Shown here piece after piece: positions 11,666 through 21,606 of a stretch of 64,000 bases of DNA. The stretch comes from Planctomycetota bacterium (GTDB taxonomy: Bacteria > Planctomycetota > UBA1135 > UBA2386), in NCBI GenBank assembly GCA_016872675.1, contig VGZG01000007.1:2433-66432 (forward strand), given 5' to 3'. The translations under genes and the position numbers were made by a program. The notes beneath the pieces were generated by a model. It ran no database searches and had not been told where the DNA came from. It saw nothing but the letters and a program-made list of their open reading frames with translations. Each line of letters starts with the position of its first letter. Position 1 is the first letter of the stretch.

Positions 11666-12771
11666 CGCCGGGCGAGCACGCGCGCGTAGATCGCTTCGTA
11701 CTGGCCGACGATGCGGTCGACGCCGAACCGCTCGAGGGCGCGCTGCCGCGCAGCGACGGCGAGACGGGCGTGCAGGTCGGCGTCGCGCAGGATCGTCAGC
11801 GCCACTGCTGCCAGCGCGTCCGGCTGGCCCAGCGGGGCGAGGCGGCCGGTGTCGCCGAGCACCTCGGCGACGCCGCCGACCGCCGTGCTGACGCAGGGCA
11901 CGCCGCAGGCCATCGCCTCGAGCATCGACAGGCCGAAGCTCTCCGTCTCCGACGCCGACAGGAACAGGTCGGTGTGCGGCAGTGTGCGCTCGAGGTCGTC
12001 CTGCATGCCGACGTGCTCGACGCGTTCGCGGCACCCGAGGTCGGTGGCGACGGCAAGCGCGTGTTCGCGGTCGGGGCCGTCCCCCACCAACAGGAGTCGC
12101 GCCGGGATGTTGGTCAGGATGGCCGCGAACGCGCGCACCACGTCGGCGACGCGCTTCACCGGCCGGAAGTTCGACGCGTGCACCAGCAGGCGCTCCTGCC
12201 CAGGACGCTGCGCCCACGGCTTGCGGTCGCCGGGGCAGAAACGCTTCGTGTCGACGAAGTTGGGCACAACTTCGACGGGATGACGCACGCCGAAGGCCTG
12301 GTGTGTCGCGGCAGCGAGGTATTGGCTGACCGCGGTGACCGCGTTGGACTGCTCCAGCGCGAAGCGAGTCGGCCGCAGGTACGCCGAGTCGCTGCCGACG
12401 ACGGTGATATCCGTGCCGTGCAGCGTGGTGACGAAACGCAGCGAACCGTCGCCCATGCTCCGCGCCAGGAACGCGCTCACCGCGTGCGGGATCGCGTAGT
12501 GCACATGGAAGATCTCGATGCCGGCCTCCTCCTGCACCTCGAGCATCCGCGTCGCCAAGGCGAGGTCATACGGCGGGTAACGGAACAGCGGGTACGCCGA
12601 TACCGCGACCTGATGGAAGCGCACGTTGTCGGCGCCGCTCCGGAGCCGGCCAGGGCGGTCGTAGCTGAGCAGATGGACGTCGTGACCACGGTTGGCGAGC
12701 GACTGGGCCATCTCCGTCGCGACCACGCCACTGCCGCCGACGGTCGGATAGCAGACGATGCCGATGCGCAT
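11662..12771 (-). CDS. bshA: N-acetyl-alpha-D-glucosaminyl L-malate synthase (GT4)
   Basis: BshA hallmarks 'IGIVCYPTVGGSGVVATE', 'YPPYDL', 'HVHYAIPHA', 'TTLHGTDIT', 'SNFRPVKRV', 'ESFGL'. Confidence 0.92.
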   Translation of the reverse strand: MRIGIVCYPTVGGSGVVATEMAQSLANRGHDVHLLSYDRPGRLRSGADNVRFHQVAVSAYPLFRYPPYDLALATRMLEVQEEAGIEIFHVHYAIPHAVSAFLARSMGDGSLRFVTTLHGTDITVVGSDSAYLRPTRFALEQSNAVTAVSQYLAAATHQAFGVRHPVEVVPNFVDTKRFCPGDRKPWAQRPGQERLLVHASNFRPVKRVADVVRAFAAILTNIPARLLLVGDGPDREHALAVATDLGCRERVEHVGMQDDLERTLPHTDLFLSASETESFGLSMLEAMACGVPCVSTAVGGVAEVLGDTGRLAPLGQPDALAAVALTILRDADLHARLAVAARQRALERFGVDRIVGQYEAIYARVLARR

Positions 12772-12965
12772 GCGCGACGGATGCTAGGAGCCAGCGCCGC
12801 GGAAGGCCACGCCGCCCGGCGCGCGCCCTCGCGGTCTGAGGCCCGCCCAGCCTCGGCGAATCCATCGAGTCACGCGCTGTGGTCGGGTTCGCCCCAACCA
12901 CGAATCCACGCACCGGCTCGGCGGCATGGCCGCGACCGCGCGCCGGCGGGCCTCTCCCGCGTCGC

Positions 12966-13598
12966 TCAGCAGTCGCCGACCACGATCGACTTCGGCAACT
13001 CGAGCGCAACCAGCAGACTCCCCGCCTCGTCGACGGCGACCTTGCAGTTGCCGCCCAGGCTGGCCACGAACTCGCACAGCGTCGTCGCGCGCTGCTGAAG
13101 ATTGCGGTCGCGCCTGGCCCCCTTGCACTCGAACTCGACCACCACCGCCCCACCCTCGTCGCGGGCGTGGATCGCCAACTCATCGCCGGCGCGCATGCGC
13201 CCGGTCGCGAGGGCCAACGAGCGCCGCAGCGATGAAGCCAACTGCGTGCCGGCGAAGCGCACCGGGCCGAGCCCCGCCGCGAACTGCATGCGCACGACGA
13301 TCGGCACGCCGATCTTGGCGACGCACGAGTCGACCTCGCGGTCGAGGATTGGGCGCACCTCACACCGATCGGTTGTCTCGACCGCGCCGACGACGACGTC
13401 GGCCAGATCGTTGAGCGTTGCCGTCTCCTGCTCGAGCAGCGACTCGATCGCCGAAACGTCGTCGCCGTCGCTGAGTTGCTGCACACGGAAGGCGCCCTCG
13501 TCGATGCGGCCCAGGCACTGTTCGAGCATCGCGGTCAACCGATCCAGTTCGCTATCGCGCGCCATGCCCCACGTATCGGCAGTCCCGATCCGCGACAT
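12966..13598 (-). CDS. Hypothetical protein, degenerate histidine-kinase HATPase-like fold
   Basis: Segments echo HATPase_c ('LASSLRRSLALA', 'ELAIHARDEGGAVVVEFE', 'FVASLGGNCKV', 'LELP') but lack the N, G1 and G2 boxes; start may be 13565. Confidence 0.45.
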   Translation of the reverse strand: MSRIGTADTWGMARDSELDRLTAMLEQCLGRIDEGAFRVQQLSDGDDVSAIESLLEQETATLNDLADVVVGAVETTDRCEVRPILDREVDSCVAKIGVPIVVRMQFAAGLGPVRFAGTQLASSLRRSLALATGRMRAGDELAIHARDEGGAVVVEFECKGARRDRNLQQRATTLCEFVASLGGNCKVAVDEAGSLLVALELPKSIVVGDC

Positions 13599-13628
13599 GA
13601 GGCAGGATTCGACGGCTCTTTCGGCTGC

Positions 13629-14510
13629 TCAGCTAGCCGCACCGCCGGCCGCGGCGGGCGGCGTCTCGTCGCGGGCCGGGGCGTCCGCCGCGCGGGCCCT
13701 GCGCTTGCCCAGCTTTGCCGCGGCCAGCGGGCCGGCTTGCGGCAGGCTGACCATGCCGAGGAACTCGGCGGCGAAGGCGTCGTAGTCCTTGGCGCCGTTG
13801 CTGTCGGGGGCGTGCTCAAAGATCGTGCGGCCGAAGCTCGGCGCCTCGGCGAGCTTGACGTTGTTGCGGATGCGTGACTTGGTCAGCATTGCGCCGAAGT
13901 GGGCCTCGATTTCGCGCAGCACCTCGACGCTGAGGTTGGTGCGCGCATCCAGCATGCAAGGCAGCACGCAGGCGATCTGGATCGCCGGGTTGAGGCGCTT
14001 CTGCACCAACTGGACGACCTCCATCAGCTTGGCCATGCCCTGCAGCGACAGATACTCAGCCTGCATCGGGATGATCACATGGTCGGCGGCGACGAGCGCG
14101 TTGGCGCTGAGCACACCGAGCGACGGCGGGCAGTCGAACAGCGCGACGTCGAAGTCCTTCGCGCCGGGCCACGCCTCCAGCGCTTCGCGCAGGATCGTTT
14201 CGCGACCGATGCGGTTGGCGAGCACCTGCTCGACGCCGGCAAGTGACGTGTCGGACGGCACGACGGCGAGGCTGGGCGTCGTCGTCGGCTGCACGAGTCC
14301 CTGTAGCGGCACATCCTCGACCAGCAGGCTGGTCATGGTCTGACCCTCGAGGTCGGGCCGCTTGTCGACGTGCACCGTCAAGTTGGCCTGCGGGTCCATG
14401 TCGAGCAGTAGCACGCGAAAACCGCGGCGGGCCAGCGCGGCGCCAAGATTGACCGTCGTCGTCGTCTTGCCGACGCCACCCTTCTGGTTGATGACCGCGA
14501 CGCGCTTCAT
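13629..14510 (-). CDS. ParA/Soj-family ATPase (orphan copy)
   Basis: Deviant Walker A 'NQKGGVGKTTT', 'DMDPQANLT', 'DCPPSLG', 'LAEAPSFG'; start at ATG 14510. Confidence 0.9.
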   Translation of the reverse strand: MKRVAVINQKGGVGKTTTTVNLGAALARRGFRVLLLDMDPQANLTVHVDKRPDLEGQTMTSLLVEDVPLQGLVQPTTTPSLAVVPSDTSLAGVEQVLANRIGRETILREALEAWPGAKDFDVALFDCPPSLGVLSANALVAADHVIIPMQAEYLSLQGMAKLMEVVQLVQKRLNPAIQIACVLPCMLDARTNLSVEVLREIEAHFGAMLTKSRIRNNVKLAEAPSFGRTIFEHAPDSNGAKDYDAFAAEFLGMVSLPQAGPLAAAKLGKRRARAADAPARDETPPAAAGGAAS

Positions 14511-14615
14511 GGGTGCCACACTGGCCATGGTCGCAGCGCCCCGCGCCGCGGCAAAGCCCAAACTCTGCGCCGCCGGCGCGGGGCCGCCGGCCGAGGCGCC
14601 AGCCGCCCTGCCGGT

Positions 14616-15335
14616 TCAGCGCAACAGCGCCGCAAGGCCGGCGAGCGGCAGCGGGCCGTCGTGCACGAACGCCTCGCCACGCGCGACGCCGATTGACGCG
14701 CCATGGAAGTGGTCGCGCACCTCGACTCGCTCGACGACGTCGAGGCCGAGCACGAGGTGGCCGCGCTCGGGCGGGTTGGTCTGTGAGCGGTAGCAGCGCA
14801 CGACCTCGGCCTTGCGCGCGGCGACGGCGCTGACGTCGACGACCAGCGTCGGCGTGGGCTGCCGGTTGCCCGGGTAGCGCAGGAACAGCCGCGGCCGCCA
14901 CGGCGCGCCTAGTTGCGGCTGGTGGTTCACGAGCCCGGCGAGGAACCACGCGCGCTCGAGTAGCTTTGCCGCCGCAACATGGTCAGGGTGCATGTCGTGC
15001 GCCAGCGGGCCGAGCAGCAGCTTCGGCCGCGCTTGCCGCAGCGCTGCGACCAACAGATCGCAACCACGCTCGTCATCGGCGCGCAGGCCGGCGTCGGGCA
15101 GGCCGAGGTTGGCGCGGAAGGCGCAGCCGAGCAGCCGAGCCGCCGCCGCCGCCTCCGCGTCACGGTCCTGCTGCGTGCCGCGCGAGCCCTTCTCGCCGCG
15201 CGTGCAGTCGACGATGCCGACCGACAAACCGGCGTCGCGCAGCTGCAGCAGCGTGCCGGCGGCCGCGATTTCGACGTCGTCGGGATGCGGGCCGACGGCG
15301 AGCGCATCGCACGGGAGCACGGTGAGCCCGCTCAC
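14616..15335 (-). CDS. bshB1: Bacillithiol biosynthesis deacetylase (PIG-L family)
   Basis: 'GPHPDDVE', 'TRGEKGSRGT', 'HPDH', 'YRSQ', C-terminal 'GEAF'; GTG start overlaps the bshC stop. Confidence 0.85.
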   Translation of the reverse strand: MSGLTVLPCDALAVGPHPDDVEIAAAGTLLQLRDAGLSVGIVDCTRGEKGSRGTQQDRDAEAAAAARLLGCAFRANLGLPDAGLRADDERGCDLLVAALRQARPKLLLGPLAHDMHPDHVAAAKLLERAWFLAGLVNHQPQLGAPWRPRLFLRYPGNRQPTPTLVVDVSAVAARKAEVVRCYRSQTNPPERGHLVLGLDVVERVEVRDHFHGASIGVARGEAFVHDGPLPLAGLAALLR

Positions 15336-16897
15336 GACGCGCCGATCTCCAGCATGCCGTGCTCGACCAGGAACGGGTCGGCGGCATCGACCAGCGTTTC
15401 GGCGAGCTTGGCGCCGTAGGCGTTGAGGTACTGCACCGGGCCGAGCACGCGCTCCTGGATGCGATTGCGCGGCCGCAGCGTGCTGCACAGGCGGCGCAGC
15501 TGCTTGATGCCGGTGCCCTCGCGGTTCTGCCGGGCGTTGCGGACTTTCTGTTGCAGGCGCTCGATCTCCTCGACCGCCTTGCTGCGCGCGCGGTCGAGCG
15601 CGGCGAGCATCGACGAATCGATCGCCGCTAGCTTGCTGCTGATGCTAGCGAGGCTCTCCTGGATGCGCGCCTGTAGGCCGTCGAGCGATTCCTCGATCAC
15701 ATCGCCGTCGTCGGCGACGCGCAGCTTCTCGGCGAGTTTCTCCGGCGGCTGGTCGAGGTCGGGCAGGTCGAGCGAGAAGCGCGACAGCAAGCGCTGCATC
15801 GACGGCTCGACGAGCGTCAGCGACGCGCGCGGCACGAACGCTGGCATCGGCACGCCGAGCAGCTTGTAGAGCGGCGCGATCGCGCACAGGTACGACAGCT
15901 CGCCTGGGCCGACGACGAACGCCAGCGTCGGCAGGATCGCGTCCTGCCACAGCGGCCGCAGCAGCACGCCGGGGCTGAGGTCGGTCACCTTGCCGTACTC
16001 CTCGCCATCACCGAGCGGCTGGCGGATGCCGCCCGCCAACTCGAACATCATCGTTGTGGCTGGATCGAGCGTGACGTCGATGCCGACGTCGCCGAGGTTG
16101 TCGCAGGCCTGCTTGACCTTGTCGCGGACCTGGTCGCTCATTTCCCACCAGCCCTTGAGCGGCTCGTACGCCACGGCCGGCAGGTCGCGCGGCTCGACGA
16201 TCACGAGGCCGTGGTGGCCGAACGCCGCGAACAGCAGGCGCGCCATCTGCGCCCCGAGCGTCTCGCCGTCGGACCTAGGCGTCAGCAGCTGCAGCAGCCA
16301 GTCGCGATTGGCGGAGGGCGGCAGCAGCGGCTCGATCTCGACCAGCAGCTTGCGCACCTCGGCGCCGACGGCGACCGCGCGCAGCGGCTCGCTGGTGCGG
16401 GTGAGACCGAGGCGGAAACGCTGCACTTCCTGCTGCTGGTTGACCAGGAACAGCCGGTTGGCCTCCTCGAGGTCGTGGTCGTCGCTGTGGTTCCAGAACA
16501 CCGGCACGACCTTGGGGGAGCCCGGCGTCGCCGCGATCTCGCGGCACAGCCGGATTGCAGTCGCGACCTTGTGGAAGGTGAACAGTGGGCCGCCCAACAG
16601 CCCGGGCTGCTGGCCGGTGACTACGCATTGGCTGCCCAGGGCGCGCAGCGTCGCGACCGCGGCGAGCGACTCCGCCGGCGCGCCGTGGCGCTCGGCGTAC
16701 GCAAGCAGGGCGTCGCAGACGGCGCCGCGCGGCACGAGGCGAGCGCCGGGCTTTGGCGCGCGCTGCATCAACTCGGCGACAGTGCGCGGCCGCATGCCGA
16801 GGAACGGGCTCAGGTCACGGTCGTTCTCCAAGTACCGCTGGTGCACCTCGGCGGTGCCGAGGCGGCGGAACGAGATCGGGCGGAGGGTCGAGGTCAC
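15332..16897 (-). CDS. bshC: Bacillithiol biosynthesis cysteine-adding enzyme
   Basis: 'VVTGQQPGLLGGPLFTFHK', 'VPVFW...DHDLEE', 'SPGVLLRPLWQDAILPT', 'GPGELSY', 'QER'; GTG 16897 overlaps the pyrF stop. Confidence 0.9.
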   Translation of the reverse strand: MTSTLRPISFRRLGTAEVHQRYLENDRDLSPFLGMRPRTVAELMQRAPKPGARLVPRGAVCDALLAYAERHGAPAESLAAVATLRALGSQCVVTGQQPGLLGGPLFTFHKVATAIRLCREIAATPGSPKVVPVFWNHSDDHDLEEANRLFLVNQQQEVQRFRLGLTRTSEPLRAVAVGAEVRKLLVEIEPLLPPSANRDWLLQLLTPRSDGETLGAQMARLLFAAFGHHGLVIVEPRDLPAVAYEPLKGWWEMSDQVRDKVKQACDNLGDVGIDVTLDPATTMMFELAGGIRQPLGDGEEYGKVTDLSPGVLLRPLWQDAILPTLAFVVGPGELSYLCAIAPLYKLLGVPMPAFVPRASLTLVEPSMQRLLSRFSLDLPDLDQPPEKLAEKLRVADDGDVIEESLDGLQARIQESLASISSKLAAIDSSMLAALDRARSKAVEEIERLQQKVRNARQNREGTGIKQLRRLCSTLRPRNRIQERVLGPVQYLNAYGAKLAETLVDAADPFLVEHGMLEIGAS

Positions 16898-17775
16898 GGG
16901 TTGCCTTGCACGGGAGTACGGCCGATGGCGACGGCGCGGCATTCGCCGGCGAAGGTCGCGGCGGCTGCTTCGATGCGGTCGAGCCAGTCGCGCGCGTCGG
17001 GCTTGAAGCACTGCATCACGCCGCGGCTCTGGTTGACCAGCGCGCCGAGGCCGCGCTTGTCGAACGCGGCCGCGAGGTCGGCGACCTTGCCGCCCTGCGC
17101 GCCGACGCCGGGCAGCAAGAGCCAGCTGTGCGGCAGCAGCGCGCGCAGTCGCGCCAGCTCCTGCGGCCATGTTGCCCCCACCACGGCGCCGACCGGCGAG
17201 TAGCCGTGCGCCTGCGGTAGGTCCTGACCCCAGCGGGCGACGGCGCGCGCGACGACGTCGCACAGCGCCTCGCCACCGACCCGCAGGTCTTGGAAGTCCT
17301 CGGCGCCTGGGTTGCTGGTGCGCACCAGCACGAACACGCCGCGGCCCTTGTCGGCACGGCAGTGGGCCAGGAACGGCTGCGCCGAGTCGAGGCCGAGGTA
17401 GGGATGCAGCGTCACCGCGTCGGCGACCCGGAAGTGGCCCTCGGCGTAGGCCTCGGCGGTCGAGCCGATGTCGCCGCGCTTGACGTCGCCGACGACCAGC
17501 AGGCCGTGGCGGCGCGCCAGCGCGCAGGTCTCTTCGTAGGCGGCGTAGCCGAGGGCGCCGAACTGCTCGAAGAAGGCGACGTTGGGCTTCACCGCCGGCG
17601 CGTGGCGCGCGATCGCCGGCAGCGCCTCGCGGTAGAAGGCGAGGATGCGCGCGGCGGGCTCGGCGCCGGGCGCAACTGCGGCGGGCAGGGCGTCGAGGCG
17701 GGGATCGAGGCCGATGACGACGGGAGCCTGCCCCCCGAGGACGCGATCTGCCAACGCCGCGACGAAGCTCTGCAT
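16894..17775 (-). CDS. pyrF: Orotidine-5'-phosphate decarboxylase (type 2)
   Basis: 'IGLDP', 'KPNVAFFE', 'DVKRGDIGST', 'RTSNPG', 'GAVVGAT', 'LLPGVGAQGG', 'NQSRG'. Confidence 0.93.
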   Translation of the reverse strand: MQSFVAALADRVLGGQAPVVIGLDPRLDALPAAVAPGAEPAARILAFYREALPAIARHAPAVKPNVAFFEQFGALGYAAYEETCALARRHGLLVVGDVKRGDIGSTAEAYAEGHFRVADAVTLHPYLGLDSAQPFLAHCRADKGRGVFVLVRTSNPGAEDFQDLRVGGEALCDVVARAVARWGQDLPQAHGYSPVGAVVGATWPQELARLRALLPHSWLLLPGVGAQGGKVADLAAAFDKRGLGALVNQSRGVMQCFKPDARDWLDRIEAAAATFAGECRAVAIGRTPVQGNP

Positions 17776-17857
17776 TCGGCGCGACAGACTAGCTGCGTTT
17801 CGTCGTGGCGCGAGGCCGCCGCGTCTGATTCTCTAGTCGGCCTACGGAGGCGGACTC

Positions 17858-18994
17858 ATGACTGTGATTTTCGTGCCACGGGAGCGCGCCGACGGCGAGA
17901 CGCGCGTCGCGGCGATTCCCGAGACAGTAAAAGGCTTGTTGAAGCTCGGACTACAGGCGCAGGTCGAGCGCGGCGCCGGCGAACGAGCCGGCTTCACCGA
18001 CGCGGACTATGCAGCCGCCGGCGCGGCGGTCGTCGACGCGGCGGCGCGCAGCGCTGCGGATCTGGTGCTCGGCGTGCAGTGCCCCCCGCCCGAAGTAGCC
18101 AAGGGCCAGAAGCCCGGCTCGCTGCTGGTGTGCACCCTGACGCCTGCCGTCCAGCTGCCCGCCGTCAAGGCGCTGTGCGACGCCAAGGTCACGGCGATGG
18201 GCCTCGAGTTCATGCCGCGCATCACGCGCGCGCAGAAGATGGACGTGCTCAGCTCGCAGGCGACCTGTGGCGGCTACCAAGCCGTGTTGCTCGCCGCCGC
18301 GGCGCTGCCCAAGATGTTCCCGCTGATGATGACGGCGGCCGGCACGCTCACGCCGGCGCGCGTGCTCGTCCTTGGCGCCGGCGTCGCCGGCCTGCAGGCG
18401 ATCTCTACCGCTCGCAAGCTCGGCGCGATCGTCGAGGCCAACGACATCCGGGCGGCGGTGAAGGAGCAGGTCGAGTCGCTCGGCGCGAAGTTCGTCGACA
18501 CCGGCACGCCGCCGGACGCCGAGACCAAGGGCGGCTACGCCAAGGAGACGGGCGCCGAGTTCCTCAAGAAGCAGCGCGAGATCCTGTCGGCGCACATCGC
18601 GCAGGCCGACGTGCTGATCACGACGGCGCTGGTGCCCGGCAAGAAGGCGCCGGTGCTGGTCACCGCCGACATGCGCAAGGGCATGCGGCCCGGCTCGGTG
18701 ATCGTCGACATGGCCGCCGCGCAGGGTGGCAACGTCGAAGGTTCGGTCGCCGGCCAGCGCGTCGTCGTCGACGGCGTGACGATCCTCGGCGACGCCAACC
18801 TGCCGGCGCAGGTCGCCGCCGACGCCTCGCGCATGTACGCGCGCAACGTGCTCGCCTTCCTCGGCGAGTTCGTCAAGGCGGGCGCGGCCAAGGTCGCGCT
18901 CGACAATGAGATCCTGTCGGCGGTGACGATCGTCCACGACGGCGTCGTCCGCCATGAACCCACCGCGCTGGCTCTCGCCGCGCACGGAGGCTGA
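17858..18994 (+). CDS. pntAA: NAD(P) transhydrogenase alpha subunit part 1 (dI)
   Basis: 'ETRVA', 'PRITRAQKMDVLSSQ', 'GAGVAGLQA', 'GGYAKE'; GGAGG RBS. Confidence 0.93.
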   Translation: MTVIFVPRERADGETRVAAIPETVKGLLKLGLQAQVERGAGERAGFTDADYAAAGAAVVDAAARSAADLVLGVQCPPPEVAKGQKPGSLLVCTLTPAVQLPAVKALCDAKVTAMGLEFMPRITRAQKMDVLSSQATCGGYQAVLLAAAALPKMFPLMMTAAGTLTPARVLVLGAGVAGLQAISTARKLGAIVEANDIRAAVKEQVESLGAKFVDTGTPPDAETKGGYAKETGAEFLKKQREILSAHIAQADVLITTALVPGKKAPVLVTADMRKGMRPGSVIVDMAAAQGGNVEGSVAGQRVVVDGVTILGDANLPAQVAADASRMYARNVLAFLGEFVKAGAAKVALDNEILSAVTIVHDGVVRHEPTALALAAHGG

Positions 18995-18997
18995 GCG

Positions 18998-19282
18998 ATG
19001 GACCCGGTCTTCCTGCTGATCTTCACGTTCGTCATCGCCTCGCTGCTCGGCTTCGAGTTGATCAACAAGGTGCCGCCGACGCTGCACACGCCGCTGATGT
19101 CGGGCAGCAACGCGATCTCCGGCATCACGGTCGTCGGCGCGCTGATGTGCGCCGAGGCGGCCGAGGGCTGGCTGGCGCAGTCGCTGGCCTTCCTCGCGAT
19201 CGCGCTGGCGACGATCAACGTCGTCGGCGGCTACATGGTGACCGACCGCATGCTGGCGTCGTTCAAGAAGAAGGAGAAGTAG
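18998..19282 (+). CDS. pntAB: NAD(P) transhydrogenase alpha subunit part 2
   Basis: 'KVPPTLHTPLMSGSNAISG', 'INVVGGYMVTDRML'. Confidence 0.93.
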   Translation: MDPVFLLIFTFVIASLLGFELINKVPPTLHTPLMSGSNAISGITVVGALMCAEAAEGWLAQSLAFLAIALATINVVGGYMVTDRMLASFKKKEK

Positions 19283-19283
19283 C

Positions 19284-20681
<1,398 letters not shown>

Positions 20682-20715
20682 CTCCATCGCAGGCAGCGCG
20701 CGGCTGCCCCCGCCG

Positions 20716-21606
20716 TCAGCCCGGCTTCGCCGACTTGCGAACCTTCTCGACGTCCGACTCGATCGCTTCGGCGGTCGACTGCTTACGCGCCTTGCCCTTG
20801 CGGGCCGGCTTCTCGTCGTTGTCGGGGTCCTCGTCCGACTTGGCGATCGTCACCTGCTGCGCGGCCGGCGCGGCGTTCGCGGGCGGCGGCGGCGGCGGTG
20901 TGGTCGCGCTGAGCCCGTGCAGCGCCTTCAGCGCCGCCTCGACGCAGCGGTCGGCGAGTGCGCCGGTGAACCAGCGCACCTGCATCGAAGACAAGGTCTG
21001 ACCGAGGTCGGCATCCTCGGCGTCGGGGAACAGCACCGGCTCCTCGGGCACGCCGTAAGCGAGCGGCGGCAGTTCGCTGTCCGGCTCGGTCTGCCGGACC
21101 CTGGCGAGCAGCGCTTGCAGGTCGACGCCGCGCAGCATCATCAGCTCCCACGGCTTCTCGTCGAGCCGGCGCGCGAACAGCTCGTGCAGGGCCAGCACGT
21201 GGCGGCACGGCTTCTCGGGCAGGTCGCACGAGCAGCCGAAGGTGACGCTGCGCGCCTCCGGGAAGAGCGGTTCGCCGACGATGCGTGCGACCAGCCGGTC
21301 GAAGCTGCGCGGCACGCGGCCATTCTCCAGCGCTTCGACGATCGACTTGCTGCGCCGCAGCACGCGGACCAGCGTGCTCCAGTCGCGCATCGGCAGGGTG
21401 CGGATCTGCAGGCTGACCTCGTGGATCGAGCCCATCGCGCCCTCCATCTCGCACCGGATCGAGCCGGGGCGGATGCGGACCATTGGCTTGCGGATACTCG
21501 GCAGCGCCTCGAGCGCGGCGGCGAGCCGCGCGTCGTCGACGCTGCGTGTCGCCTCGCGGCGCCAGCGCTCGCCCAGCGAGATCGACTTGTGGTCGGCGGA
21601 GTTCAC
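20716..21606 (-). CDS. SWIM zinc-finger protein
   Basis: 'CSCDLPEKPCRHV' (CxCx5CxH) preceded by 'LFP' and followed by 'DEKPWELMMLRG', as in SNF2-partner SWIM proteins; GTG start overlaps the helicase stop. Confidence 0.85.
   Translation of the reverse strand: MNSADHKSISLGERWRREATRSVDDARLAAALEALPSIRKPMVRIRPGSIRCEMEGAMGSIHEVSLQIRTLPMRDWSTLVRVLRRSKSIVEALENGRVPRSFDRLVARIVGEPLFPEARSVTFGCSCDLPEKPCRHVLALHELFARRLDEKPWELMMLRGVDLQALLARVRQTEPDSELPPLAYGVPEEPVLFPDAEDADLGQTLSSMQVRWFTGALADRCVEAALKALHGLSATTPPPPPPANAAPAAQQVTIAKSDEDPDNDEKPARKGKARKQSTAEAIESDVEKVRKSAKPG

Noticed and set aside
12878-12902. Hairpin GTGGT-CGGG-TTCG-CCCC-AACCAC upstream of bshA as a tRNA fragment or ncRNA
   Set aside because: Isolated short stem-loop with no cloverleaf or other conserved RNA features; insufficient evidence
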